Assembly: GCF_018977255.1 (NCBI RefSeq)
Contig: NW_024704743.1
Coordinates: forward strand, 5,210,001-5,274,000
Source of the DNA: Callorhinchus milii
Lineage: Eukaryota
DNA length: 64,000 nt
Direction of reading: 5' to 3'
Below, in pieces: positions 1 through 10,877 of this stretch (positions within the stretch are counted from its first letter, which is position 1; each line of letters begins with the position of its first letter). The position numbers were made by a program, and so were the translations under genes. The notes under the pieces are model-generated. The model made no database searches and was not told where the DNA came from. It saw nothing but the letters and a program-made list of their open reading frames with translations.

Positions 1-228
1 CCCGGACCCGGCGCCTGCCCGCCTCGTCCCCGTGAAGCGCTCCCGAGACGCCGCCCGACGTGGGGGGCTGCTCCGTCAATCCGAGTCGTCGTCGTCGTCT
101 CGAAGCAGCTCGGAGCAGACGACGACGACGACGACAGGGTGGCGACCGCGCTGAGATGTGAACTGCTGCCCACCGTCCAGCGCCCTCGGGACGTCCTCCC
201 GACGCGAGAGGCGCTGTACCAGTGTCAT

Positions 229-311
229 CTTGTGGCGGCTGCTGCTGTTGTTGTTGTTGCGGCGGCTGTTGTTGTTGTTGCTGCTGCTGCTGTTGCTGCT
301 GTTGTTGTTGT

Positions 312-346
<35 letters not shown>

Positions 347-360
347 TTGTTGTTGTTGCG

Positions 361-400
<40 letters not shown>

Positions 401-403
401 TTG

Positions 404-476
<73 letters not shown>

Positions 477-506
477 TGTTGTTGTTGTTGTTGCGGCTGC
501 TGCTGT

Positions 507-538
<32 letters not shown>

Positions 539-585
539 TTGTTGCTGCTGCTGCTGCTGCTGCTGTTGCTGCTGCTGTTGTTGCT

Positions 586-617
<32 letters not shown>

Positions 618-635
618 TGTTGTTGTTGTTGTTGT

Positions 636-667
<32 letters not shown>
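229..667. repeat. Mixed (GCT/GTT)n = (CAG/CAA)n trinucleotide tract, about 440 bp
   Basis: Directly visible. It produces the poly-C, poly-L, poly-A/V and poly-S/N ORFs. Confidence 0.97.
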
Positions 668-684
668 TGCGTGGCGCGGGCCTG

Positions 685-994
685 ACGGGGCGGCCGATTG
701 CGCCCGGCAGCCCCTCCCGCAGACGGGGCGTGGGTTGAGGCGACCGGAATTATTACGGCCTTTTGGAGGACGGGTTTTTCTTTCTGAAAAGAGGGGTTGC
801 GTTCCCTCCGCAAAAGCCGTCCGCCACTCTCAACTCACGGCCCGGGGTTCCTACTCGCCGAGAGGGAACCGGAGGCGCGCGGAGTAAGGACACTTACCCA
901 AGGTTTCTCCCCCCACCCCCACCCCGGTCCGGGAATCGAACCCGGGTCTCTCGCTTGCGAGGCGAGCGCTCTAACCGATCAGCCACAGGACTCC
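685..994 (-). mobile_element. tRNA-derived SINE (family A), GC-shifted copy
   Basis: Reverse complement has the head ggagtcctgtggctgatcggttagagcgctcgcctcgcaagcgagagacccgggttcgattcccgg. Colinear with the copies at 36080, 54412 and 61157. Confidence 0.85.
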
Positions 995-1036
995 ACACTT
1001 GGTATTGTGCCGAGCAGTTTGTCTGTTGTTTTGGTT

Positions 1037-1533
1037 ACCCATCACCGTGATCTTCCGGGTGTCTGACACGCAGAAACCCATCACCGTGATCTTCCGGGTG
1101 TCTGACACTCAGAAACCCATCACCGTGATCTTCCGGGTGTCTGACACTCAGAAACCCATCACCGTGATCTTCCGGGTGTCTGACACTCAGAAACCCATCA
1201 CCGTGATCTTCTGGGTGTCTGACACTCAGAAACCCATCACCGTGATCTTCCGGGTGTCTGACACTCAGAAACCCATCACCGTGATCAGCCGGTGTCTGAC
1301 ACTCAGAAACCCATCACCGTGATCTTCCGGGTGTCTGACACTCAGAAACCCATCACCGTGATCAGCCGGTGTCTGACACTCAGAAACCCATCACCGTGAT
1401 CAGCCGGTGTCTGACACTCAGAAACCCATCACCGTGATCAGCCGGTGTCTGACACTCAGAAACCCATCACCGTGATCAGCCGGTGTCTGACACTCAGAAA
1501 CCCATCACCGTGATCAGCCGGTGTCTGACACTC
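1037..1533. repeat. 39/38-bp minisatellite, about 13 copies
   Basis: Unit acccatcaccgtgatcttccgggtgtctgacactcagaa. The 3' copies mostly carry the 38-bp variant atcagccgg. Confidence 0.97.
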
Positions 1534-1862
1534 AAGGAAATCCATCTTTTAAGAATCTTCAAACCAGACTGAGAGTTCCATACATCACAACTACAGGTGG
1601 AAAATCTCGAGATATTTACTGGAATGGATTGCCAGAAGGACACGTCCAGTTTAGTGAATTCCAGTGAATATTAGGCGCAAATGCCAATGCTTGAATGTGT
1701 GTTGGGGTAAATGCTGGAGTCTAAGCAGCTAAGACCACATAGCTTGCCGTCGATATTGCTGTTGTCACTGCTTGGACCATCTTACCTGTTAGGGCTTCGA
1801 CTTGCAGGGTTAACAACAGGTGAGTGGGAGGATTCCCTGCCCCCAGTGACTGGTCTGATCCT

Positions 1863-2192
1863 CTAATAATAATAATAATAATAATCCTTGCATTTGATAT
1901 AGCGCTTTTCACGTCGGGAGGACGTCCCAAAGCGCTTCACAGAATATACTGTAAAGTGAATTGACTGTATATTTGTGGGCGAACGCGGCAGCCAATTGCG
2001 CACAGCAGTGTCCCACAAACAGTCGTAGATTGGAAATTGACCAGTTTATTATTGTTTTTGGTTTTGGAGGGATTATTATTAGGCTCTGTGTGGAGTAAGG
2101 AAACTTGCCCAAGGTTTCACCCTCTGCCTGGAATTGAACTCAGGTCTCTCGCTTGCAAAGCGAGTGCTCTAACCACTGAGCTACAGGACTCC
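1863..2192 (-). mobile_element. tRNA-derived SINE (family A) with L2-like tail and (TTA)n end
   Basis: Box A/B-like head (tagctcagtggttagagc; gagttcaattcc) and tail aaatgcaaggattattattatt on the minus strand. Confidence 0.88.
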
Positions 2193-2679
2193 CTAACGAT
2201 GAGCATCAGCCGTGCCTTCGAATACTGTGGACTAAGAATTGGACTAGAGACCGACCCGGAGGGCAGACTCGATTCGGACATCCGTTGCCAAACATGTCAG
2301 CTTGGAGCCACTTCAAAAAAAAAATAGTCACAAGTTGATCTTTTAACATCCGACAAGCGCAGGTTTGAATCCTCAACTTGTCAAAATGTCTCAAAGTGCT
2401 TCAGACGATTTACTGTAATATGTAGTGACTGTGTATTTTGTTGGTGAACGCAACAGCAAATCTATACACAGCAACTTATATTTATATATTTCATGCGAGT
2501 AGCGACCTGGATCGCTTAATGTTAAAAATTCACCTGGCTGTTTGTGGGATCTTGCCGTACAAATACATGCGAAATATCTCTGAAGCTCTCTGAGCTGTTT
2601 TGAGGTTATAGGAACTAATATGCAATGCAAGGATTATTATTGATTATTCCTGGTCTGTTTGTTTTTTCATCTCCTGCAG

Positions 2680-4159
2680 ATCTTATAACTAACCATAAGA
2701 ACACCCATGGGAACATGCCTGCAGCCACAGCGGCAAGCTGCAGGCCCCCGGGACAGAGCGCCTGGGCTGCTGGCAATGCTCCATCCAGCTCCGTTGGCTC
2801 CCAGAGGCTCCCAGCACAACAGGCCTCTCAAGGCAGCAACGCCTGGAGGAGCAAGTACTCGCTGGTCAACAAGAGTGTTGGGATGGAGAGCAATGACCGA
2901 CCGTCTACCAATCTCTCTCAGGGTCAGGAGATGCTCACTGCCAGGCCGCAGCTGAACAGTGCCGGCAAGTGTGCAGCGAAGGTGCTTGCCAAGCAGGGGC
3001 AGGGAGAAGCCAGCTCACACAGAGCTGGCAAGGCTCGCTTCCTACAGACCCTGAACTCAGAACTGGCTGTGAAGAAGGACAAACTGCTGGCCATGAAGGA
3101 GAAGCTGAATGAAGTGAAAATGGCCAGAAGGAGGGCGTGTGGGAAAGGGCTATCGCGGCACTGCTCGGGGAAGTCATCCCTCTCGGCCCAGCCCCCCAGC
3201 ATGCCGGAGGCCGACAGGCTGGCAGCCGATTTAGAAAGCCAAGTGTCCGCCGAGTTGGTGAATAGGACAGAGTTGAGTGCTTCTGTCAAATACTGCACGC
3301 CCACTGTCCGTGACCCTGGTGAGGCTCAGACTGTGGCTGTGCCAAGCCACGCTGTGAAAGAAACCTGTAGGGGCAGAGCACAGAGGAGCCACGTCACGGG
3401 CAGGCTTTCCCACACTCCGGGGACAGGCAAGCGTACCAACACATCACACTCCACTGGCCACATGCCAACCGCTTCCTCCACAGGTAAAGAGTCCAGATAT
3501 ACGTGGCAGAAGGCGTCAGATGGTGGGGGGCTTTCTAATCGTCGTGGTTCTCAGGAAACCTCAGAGCCAAGCCCACCTGCTACCCCAGGCCCAGCCTTAC
3601 CTAGTACCTCACGCATGCCCTGTGCTGGCACAGGCCCTCTGACACCGAAAACCTCCTCGGCCCTTAAATCACTTAAAAAACAAAGGACGACCACGCCGGT
3701 TTGTAGCCGAGCCAGCAAGGGCCGAAAGGCAAAGTATGTTTGGGTTTCAAACTCTGCCCGATCAGGCCAGGCCAACCGTAAATCAGTCACTGCCAAAGCA
3801 GCTAAAAGCCCAAAATGTGTGGTTGTGGGAGGCAACGCTGTCACACATCCAAGCCCAGAGTGCAGATCAGTGGGAAGACATAAGAAGGCTGGGTGTCCTC
3901 ACAAGAAAGGAGTCACAGCAAACAAATACCGCTGGAAAGCTGTGGAGATGAATGAGCCCGCCTCGCCAACAAAGTCTGCATATCGCTGGAAGTCTGAACT
4001 CTCGAGCACGCAGATGTCGGGGAGACGGACAAGTCCAGCAGCTGTGAGGAAGGTTGAAAGCAGCGCTGACTGTGTGAGGAAGGCTGTGTGGGGGGCAGCA
4101 ACTTCCCACTATAGACTGAAGAGCAAGACCAAAATTATCCGCAGGAAGGCAGCACTGAG
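2680..4159 (+). CDS. ZC3H3: ZC3H3 coding exon 2 (large low-complexity N-terminal exon)
   Basis: Acceptor tttttcatctcctgcag|AT and donor CTGAG|gtaggt. Lies in ORF 2625..4163. Begins (D)LITNHKNTHGN, like the vertebrate ZC3H3 exon 2 start (LIDDYKTLHGN as I recall human), and ends YRLKSKTKIIRRK (human YKVKSRTKIIRRR). Phase 1 in, phase 2 out. Confidence 0.93.
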
Positions 4160-4486
4160 GTAGGTCTGAACACAACGACAGCTTGTGTTTGCATAGTGTC
4201 CTTCACCCAGGTTAGTGTCCTGGAGTGCTTGACTAATGGCAGAGTCCGAGGTCAAGCCAAGGGGAAGGTGACCGTAAGCACGATCAAAAAAGATCTTTAG
4301 AGGGATTTGAAAGTGGGAAGGGAGTTGAGGGAGCACGGCAGAGGGAATGAGGGGCTAGAGTTTCGGGGAGCAGTGGCTGAAGGCATGGCCACCAATGGTG
4401 GAGAGGAGGTGACGAGGGACAAACAGGAGGCCGGAGATGTGTGTGGTGGAGTGGGAGGGTAAGCAGATCGGATAGTTAGGGAGGTC

Positions 4487-4795
4487 ATAATAATAATCCT
4501 TGCATTTGATATAGCGCTTTTCACGTCTTCTAGACGTCTCAAAACGCTTCACAGAATAGACTAAAGTAAATTGACCGTATATTTGTGGGCAAAATACAGC
4601 AGCCAATTGCGCACAGCAGTGTCCCCACAAAGAGTCATGGATTGAAATGACCAATTTATTATTGGTTTTTTTTGAGGGATTATTATCAGGCGTGTGGAGT
4701 TAGGAAACTTGCCCAAGGTTTCACCCTGCCGGGAATCGAAACCCAGGTCTCTCGCTTGCAAAGTGAGTGCTCTAACCACTGAGTTACAGGACTCC
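4487..4795 (-). mobile_element. tRNA-derived SINE (family A) inserted in an L2 3' fragment
   Basis: Same head and tail as the other family A copies. An L2 3' end lies on the minus strand at about 4170-4485. Confidence 0.85.
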
Positions 4796-5457
4796 ACAAA
4801 GGGATTTGAAGCTCATAGTTACAGTCTCCTTGTCGGTGGCTACAACAAGACTTATACTGCACATTCTCACAGCAGTCACGGCTGGAGAGCAGCACGGGAG
4901 GAGAGGAAAGAGAATGTAGTGGTGTTGAGCAAAGGCATGGGCAAAGAGAGGTTTTGAAGGCAAAGAAAGAAGGGCAAAGCAAAGCGAATTGGGGAGAGAG
5001 TTTGGGACCCAGTGGCTGAAGCTTTGATAAGGTGATTTTACCAATGATGATCATTGAATTTGATTAGTGCTTATCACCTTGTTGAGATGTCTCAAAGCGT
5101 TTCAAGATTTTACTGTAAAGTGTAGCAACTGTGTTTTGTAGGCAAACATAGCAGCCAATTTGCAGTGTCTCACAGTCGATTTTACTGATTTTTACCTGGG
5201 GGTGAGCAAGGTGGGAGGTGGTTAGTGTGGAGGGGAGGAGGACGAGGGGAGGGGGGGATCATGGAAGGGAAGGGTTGGGAGGGGGTGAACGGGGAGGGGA
5301 GAGGGATTGAGGCCAGGAGGCTAAGATTCCTATAAAAGAGTTGGTTGTTGTGCTGGGAGGATAGCAGGAGGTACAGCGCTCTGAGAGGCTGAGATGAGAT
5401 GGGCTTAAGGTCCTGGTTTGTGAGTACATTGTTGATGTTGGTGCCTTTGGTTTGAAG

Positions 5458-5654
5458 CTCGCCGACTGAGAGGAAGCTCAGCTTGACTAACCAGGTCATC
5501 TCCAAAAGCCGCTACCTGCTCGTCAAGAGGACTTACAACAGCCACGGGCGGTGGCCACTGATTGTGAGGACGCCTGGGAAGGGCCTGGTGCAGATCAGCA
5601 AGCACAGGCTGCGGAGGCTGCCCGCCTCAGCGCCACACACCAATGCCAAGCAAG
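5458..5654 (+). CDS. ZC3H3: ZC3H3 coding exon 3
   Basis: tttgaag|C...CAAG|gtaggc, 197 nt. Encodes SPTERKLSLTNQVISKSRYLLVKR...TPGKGLVQISKHRLRRLP. Frame is continuous with exons 2 and 4. Confidence 0.9.
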
Positions 5655-6459
5655 GTAGGCCTCCTTCATCTGCCCTGCGACTACTCAAGTGGTTCTGAGT
5701 TTAGATCTGTAGGCCTTATCCTTTGAACTCCACAAGCAACAACGGTAACAAATGACATGTATATAGCACCTTTCACGTAGGGAGGATGTCCCAAGGTGCT
5801 GGACGGTCAGAGATTTGGAGCCGAGCAGGGGTTAGGATCAGGGTGGGTGGAGGGCAGGGAGAGTAAGGGTAGGAGGATGACCGAAAGCGCGCTCAAAGAG
5901 GAGGGTCTTGAGATAGACCTTCAAGGAGACCAGGGAGCAAGGCGAAGTGACTGGGATGGAGTTCCAAAGGGTGGGGACGGAGAGACTGAAGGCCTGACCG
6001 CTGATGGTGCGGCGGGCCGGGCGGGGGACGAGGAGCCTGCTGAGTGGAGGGATCAGACAGGTTGATTTGATGTTAGCAGGTCACAGAGATGGGAAAGAGC
6101 ATGGTGGTGGAGCGCCTTGAAGGCGAGGACGAGAATTTTGAACTCAACAGTTTAGCGTGACATCAAGGGAGTGCTGCATCGTTGGACATGTCGTCCTTCA
6201 GATACGATGTTAACTGAGGCCCTGTCTGCCTGTTCAGGTGAATGTCAAAGATCTCATGGCACTGCTGGAAAAGAGAAGGGAGTCTCTCTCTCCTGGTGTC
6301 GTGGACAACGATCCCCCAAAATGTTTGCCTGCAGTCACTACATTTTATAGTGAAGCACTTTGAGATGTCCTCCTGGATCAAAGCAAGGATTATTATTTTA
6401 TAACTGAGGCAGTGGCTGGTCAGTGTTTCTGTATTCACTTTGAAAATCTCAGAAAGAAG

Positions 6460-7010
6460 GCATCTCATACCCTCCCTCTCCCCCACCTCCATTCTCCCTC
6501 TCAGACCCTCCTCTCCCATACCCTCATTCTCTCTCTCTCTCACTCTCTCTCTCACACCCTTGCTCTCCTCCATCTCCAGTCTCCCTTTGACACCCTCCCT
6601 CTCCCACACCTTCATTCTTCCTCTCACAACCTCCTCTCCCCACCTCTGTTCTCCCTCTCACACCATCCCTCTCCCCACCTCCATTCTCCCTTTCATGTCC
6701 TCCCTCTCCCCACCTCCATTTTCCCTCTCACACTCTCCTCTCCCTCTGCCCTCTCCTCCATTCTTCCTCTCACACTCTCCCTCTGCCCTCTCTTCCATTC
6801 TCACACTCTCCCTCTGCCCTCTCTTCCATTCTCACATTCTCCCTCTGCCCTCTCCCCCATTCTCCCTCTCACACTCTCCTCTCCCTCTGCCCCCTCCTCC
6901 ATTCTCCCTCTCATTCTCTCCTCTCCCTCTGGCCTCTCCTCCATTCTCCCTCTGACACCCTCCCCTCTCCACACCTCCATTCTCCCTCTCACACCCTCCA
7001 CTTCTCAAAC
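6460..7010. repeat. CT-rich degenerate tandem repeat (ccattctccctctcacactctc...)
   Basis: Visible polypyrimidine repeat units. Confidence 0.9.
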
Positions 7011-7379
7011 CTAGGCCCCCTGCATGCCTCACACCATTTTGACACCTAACCCAAACTCTGTGGCACTCTTTTTCTCTCTCTCTCTGAATAGCTGTGCCTT
7101 GCACCCTCCTTCCCTCACTTCGATCATGCCATCAGGTACCATCCTCAACCCGCCTCTCTCTTCCTAGCTTCGCATCAGAAATCCACACTGTAAAGGCTTT
7201 GACGTTATCCTGTGTAAAAGACTCCATGTTGTACAGGGGTTATTAAGGTGATGGCGTTTTTTTAAAACACAAGTGCCTTCTGCTGGAATAATCTGTTAAT
7301 TTGAAATTTCTTCGCAGTACCTCCAGTCGTAGTTGAGGAAATGGAGGGTGTGGGTGCAGGCGTGTTGTACACTGTTTTA

Positions 7380-7757
7380 AGTGATCGATTTCAAGATCCG
7401 CTTACTCGTTTTCAAATGCCTTCATGCCCTGGGACCTCGCTACCTATCCAATCTGTTCACCCCCCCTCCACCACCCGCTGCCTGTGCTCGGCTGGCTCCG
7501 GCCTCCTGTTTGTCCCTCGTCCCCTGCTCCACCATCGATGGCTGTGCCTTCAGCCAGTACGCTTTGGAACTCTCTCCATCAATCCTTACGCCCTACCTCC
7601 CTACTTTCAAATCCTGCCTAAAGACCTTTCTGATGGTGCTTACAGTCACCTCGCCCCTCCCTCTCCCCCTGGCTCAGTGTCAGACTACACCACTGTCAAG
7701 CGCTCTGTGACGCTACCCCACGTGAAGGGCACAATATAAATGCAGGTTGTTGTTGTT
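7380..7757 (+). mobile_element. L2-type LINE 3' fragment
   Basis: IDFKIRLLVFKCLHALGPRYLS...AFSQYA (L2 ORF2 C-terminus) followed by the tail ataaatgcaggttgttgttg. Confidence 0.8.
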
Positions 7758-9511
7758 GATGTCCTTTGCTGATAAGAGAACGAGTCGTGATTAGGAGGAA
7801 GTGCCAGGAAGCTGCAGTAACAGACTGCTCTAGCAGAGGGCAACATTGCCCCTCTTTGTGTGGCGGTTTCTCTCCCGGCTGGTAATTGATTGGCCAATTT
7901 TCTTTTGATGTGAAAGGAGACAGATACCAAGTAATTTGCAGCAATAACGTGCTGGCACTCTGAAGTGGGGGGGTGGGGGGGGGGGCTTGCTCCACCCCTG
8001 TTTTCATTTCCAATCGCAGATAAAAGGCTAATATATAATTATCCTCGCAAATTGGATTGCTTTAAATAAGGAGAAGTGTGTGAGTGCGGAGGGCCACAGC
8101 CATTTCCCTGAGTTACCGCCTGCTGTAATTGCGGTGCTTAATCAATTAGAAACTCCTTCACAATCCACATCAAACCTCATCCTTTTCCATAACTAAACGC
8201 CAGCCATTGCTCCATTCCTTCCTCGCTCTCTCTTGCTCTCTCTCTCACTCTCTCTCTATGAAAAAAAAGTTGAATTACTCCGAATGGATTTGAACGTTTG
8301 CTGACATAAAGAGGTCATAGCCGCCAGTGTATTGCCTGCAGATAGTGGTTAATGAAAAGGAAATTCAATTACTAATAACCACTACAGAGTATTAAACAAG
8401 CTAAATCGACTATTTTGCGGCATTAATGGAGTGGGTTGCACCGCACTGGCCCTTTGTACTGATCTGGGTGACGTCTTGGCCAGGAGAATGTCGATCAGGA
8501 AACCTGTGGCTGGGGTTGGGTTTGTCCTGTCACTCTCTCTTTATTGCCTCCTCCGTAGCTCTCGCCACTCAAAAAAGGCGTGCCATGCCCGCCTGACTGC
8601 CAGATAACTGCCTGGCATAGCATTGCTAGCTGACCAAGCTCGCTTTAGTGATGTCAGGCTAATCCTTGCATTTGATATATCACATCGATATAGCCTTATC
8701 ATGCCATCAAAGGCCTTCACGGGATTTTACTATAAAGTGTAGTGACTGACTAGTTGCAGGGGGACAGGCATGATGTAAGTGGTTTATCTGGGGGTTTATT
8801 GGTCAATAGTGCCATGGAATTTTAAGTGTCCACCTGAAGGGGCCCTTGGTTTAATGGTCTTATTCGGAGGACGGTATCCCCAACAATACAGCGAGCCCCA
8901 AAACTGCTTTGGATAGTCAACCTAGTCCGTGAGACCCAACATTTGGTTTGAACCCACAACATTTTGACTAAGAGGTGAGAGTGTTCCTGACTGAGCCAGC
9001 CTAAAACCTGGGTATCTCAGAATGCGTCACAGGATTTACTGTAAAGTGTAGGCTCAGTGGGAGTGCTTTCACTCCCTTGCACAACCTATGAGACTGTTGT
9101 GGATGGAAACATTCAGGGTTGGAGCTGCCAGTCTGGGCTGTGACCCTCTGTGAAGTAGAGGGGGAGCATTAAACAGTTCCTATCTAGGTGTGTGCTGAAC
9201 ATCCCTTCACGCTATGGGACAAGAAGAAAGTTTCTCCCAGGATCCTGGTCAACAATCCTGCAGAGAAATTGATCATTCCCTTCCTGTGGGTCCTTACCCT
9301 GTGAAAAAATATCTCACATTTGCCTACAAAAAAATCACTAGGCATAACTAATTATTGTAAAGTGCTTTGAGATATTTTAATAATAATAATCTTTGCATTT
9401 AATATAGTGCCTTAACAGGTTTTCGAGACGTCTCAAAGTGCTTCACAGAATATAGTATAAAGTGAATTGACTGTATATATTGTGGGCGAGGGGGTAGGAT
9501 CCCGAGCCACA

Positions 9512-10039
9512 GAGCGAGTGCGAGCACGAGGCTGTTACAGGGCGAGTGCGAGCACGAGGCTGTTACAGGGCGAGCACGAGGCTGTTACAGAGCGAGCACG
9601 AGGCTGTTACAGGGTGAGCGCGAGCACGAGGCTGTTTCAGGGCGAGCGCGAGCACGAGGCTGTTTCAGGGCGAGTGCGAGCACGAGGCTGTTACAGGGCG
9701 AGCACGAGGCTGTTACAGGGTGAGCGCGAGCACGAGGCTGTTACAGGGCGAGCGCGAGCACGAGGCTGTTTCAGGGCGAGTGCGAGCACGAGGCTGTTAC
9801 AGGGCGAGCACGAGGCTGTTACAGGGCGAGCGCGAGCACGAGGCTGTTACAGGGTGAGCGCGAGCACGAGGCTGTTACAGGGCGAGCGCGAGCACGAGGC
9901 TGTTTCAGGGCGAGTGCGAGCACGAGGCTGCTACAGGGCGAGCACGAGGCTGTTACAGGGCGAGCGCGAGCACGAGGCTGTTACAGGGCGAGCGCGAGCA
10001 CGAGGCTGTTACAGGGCGAGCGCGAGCACGAGGCTGTTA
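9512..10039. repeat. CpG-rich 22/28-bp minisatellite, about 20 units
   Basis: Units ggcgagcacgaggctgttacag (22 bp) and a form with an extra 6 bp (28 bp). Confidence 0.97.
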
Positions 10040-10414
10040 TAAGCGCCGCTCAGGCCATCGATAGCTTTATCCCACTCTGCTCGCCTTGGTTTCTGCCAAT
10101 TACAGAACTGTGTTTGGGGCAGCGCTATTGATATATTCAAACAAATTGGTCCCTTTCCCTCCGCCTAAGGAGGGAAACAGGGAGCATCCTTGGTATTTCC
10201 CCTCTCCCCAGTATTGAGCTGCACATCTGCCTCACCCCAGGAGGAGAAACCTTTCCCAGCCTCTCGAGCTCTGCACTATTGCTGGCTGCAGTGTGAGGGA
10301 GAGTGCTGCATCAGCATTGTTTCAATCTGACCAGGAAAGCAGACGGGAGAATATATTCCTTGCCTGGCTTACACAGAGTGCAGGATTGGTACATTATACG
10401 TAGTATATATATTA

Positions 10415-10877
10415 TACAGGGATGAGGGACTTATTTATGTGGAGAGTCTAGAGAAGCTGGGATTGTTCTCCTTAGAGCAGAGAAGGTTATGGGGAGATTT
10501 AATAGAGGTGTTCAAAATTATGAAGGGTTTTGATAGAGTAGATAGTGAGAAACTGTTTCCACTGGTAGGTGGGTTGTTAACCAGAGGACATAGATTTAAG
10601 ATAATTGGCAAAAGAACCAAAGAGGAGACAAGGAGACTTTTTTTTTTACACAGAGACTTGTTACGGTCTGGAATACGCTGCCTGAAAGGCTTGTGCAAGC
10701 AGATTCAATAACAACTTTCAAAAGGGAATTGGATAGGTACTTGAAAAGGAAAAAATTGCAGGGGTATGGGGAAAGAGCGGGGGAGTGGGACTGATTGGGT
10801 AGCTCTTTCAAAGAGACGGCTTAGGCGCGATGGGCAGAATGGCCTCCTTCATTGCTTAATATTCTATGATTCTATGA
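10415..10877 (+). mobile_element. CR1 LINE 3' end
   Basis: LEKLGLFSLEQRRLWGDLIEVFKIMKGFDRVD...TRGHRFK (CR1 ORF2 C-terminus) and the terminal attctatgattctatga repeat. Confidence 0.9.

Larger units (their letters stand above)
1..1000. promoter_or_regulatory. CpG-island-like region in ZC3H3 intron 1, probably the 3' flank of the promoter island
   Basis: Very GC- and CpG-rich compared with the rest of the window. It lies about 1.7-2.7 kb upstream of exon 2, and the short exon 1 is expected upstream of position 1 (inference). Confidence 0.6.
1020..2315 (-). mobile_element. Unclassified interspersed repeat (family X), interrupted by the minisatellite and a SINE
   Basis: 1520-1860 and 2195-2315 are colinear with the reverse complement of 55775-56300. 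Confidence 0.7.

Noticed and set aside
76..887. Long poly-S/N, poly-A/V, poly-L and poly-C ORFs
   Set aside because: They are open only because the triplet repeat has no stop codons. The flanks are SINE/L2 sequence and there is no splice or homology support.
1037..1533. CRISPR-like array (repeat length 38-39 bp)
   Set aside because: The units are head-to-tail with no unique spacers, there are no cas genes, and the context is a vertebrate intron.
2625..2679. ATG at 2625 as the ZC3H3 start codon
   Set aside because: It lies in a SINE tail (atgcaaggattattatt) upstream of a clear polypyrimidine/AG acceptor. Homology begins at 2680.
9467..10042. 191-aa repetitive ORF
   Set aside because: It is a translation of the minisatellite.
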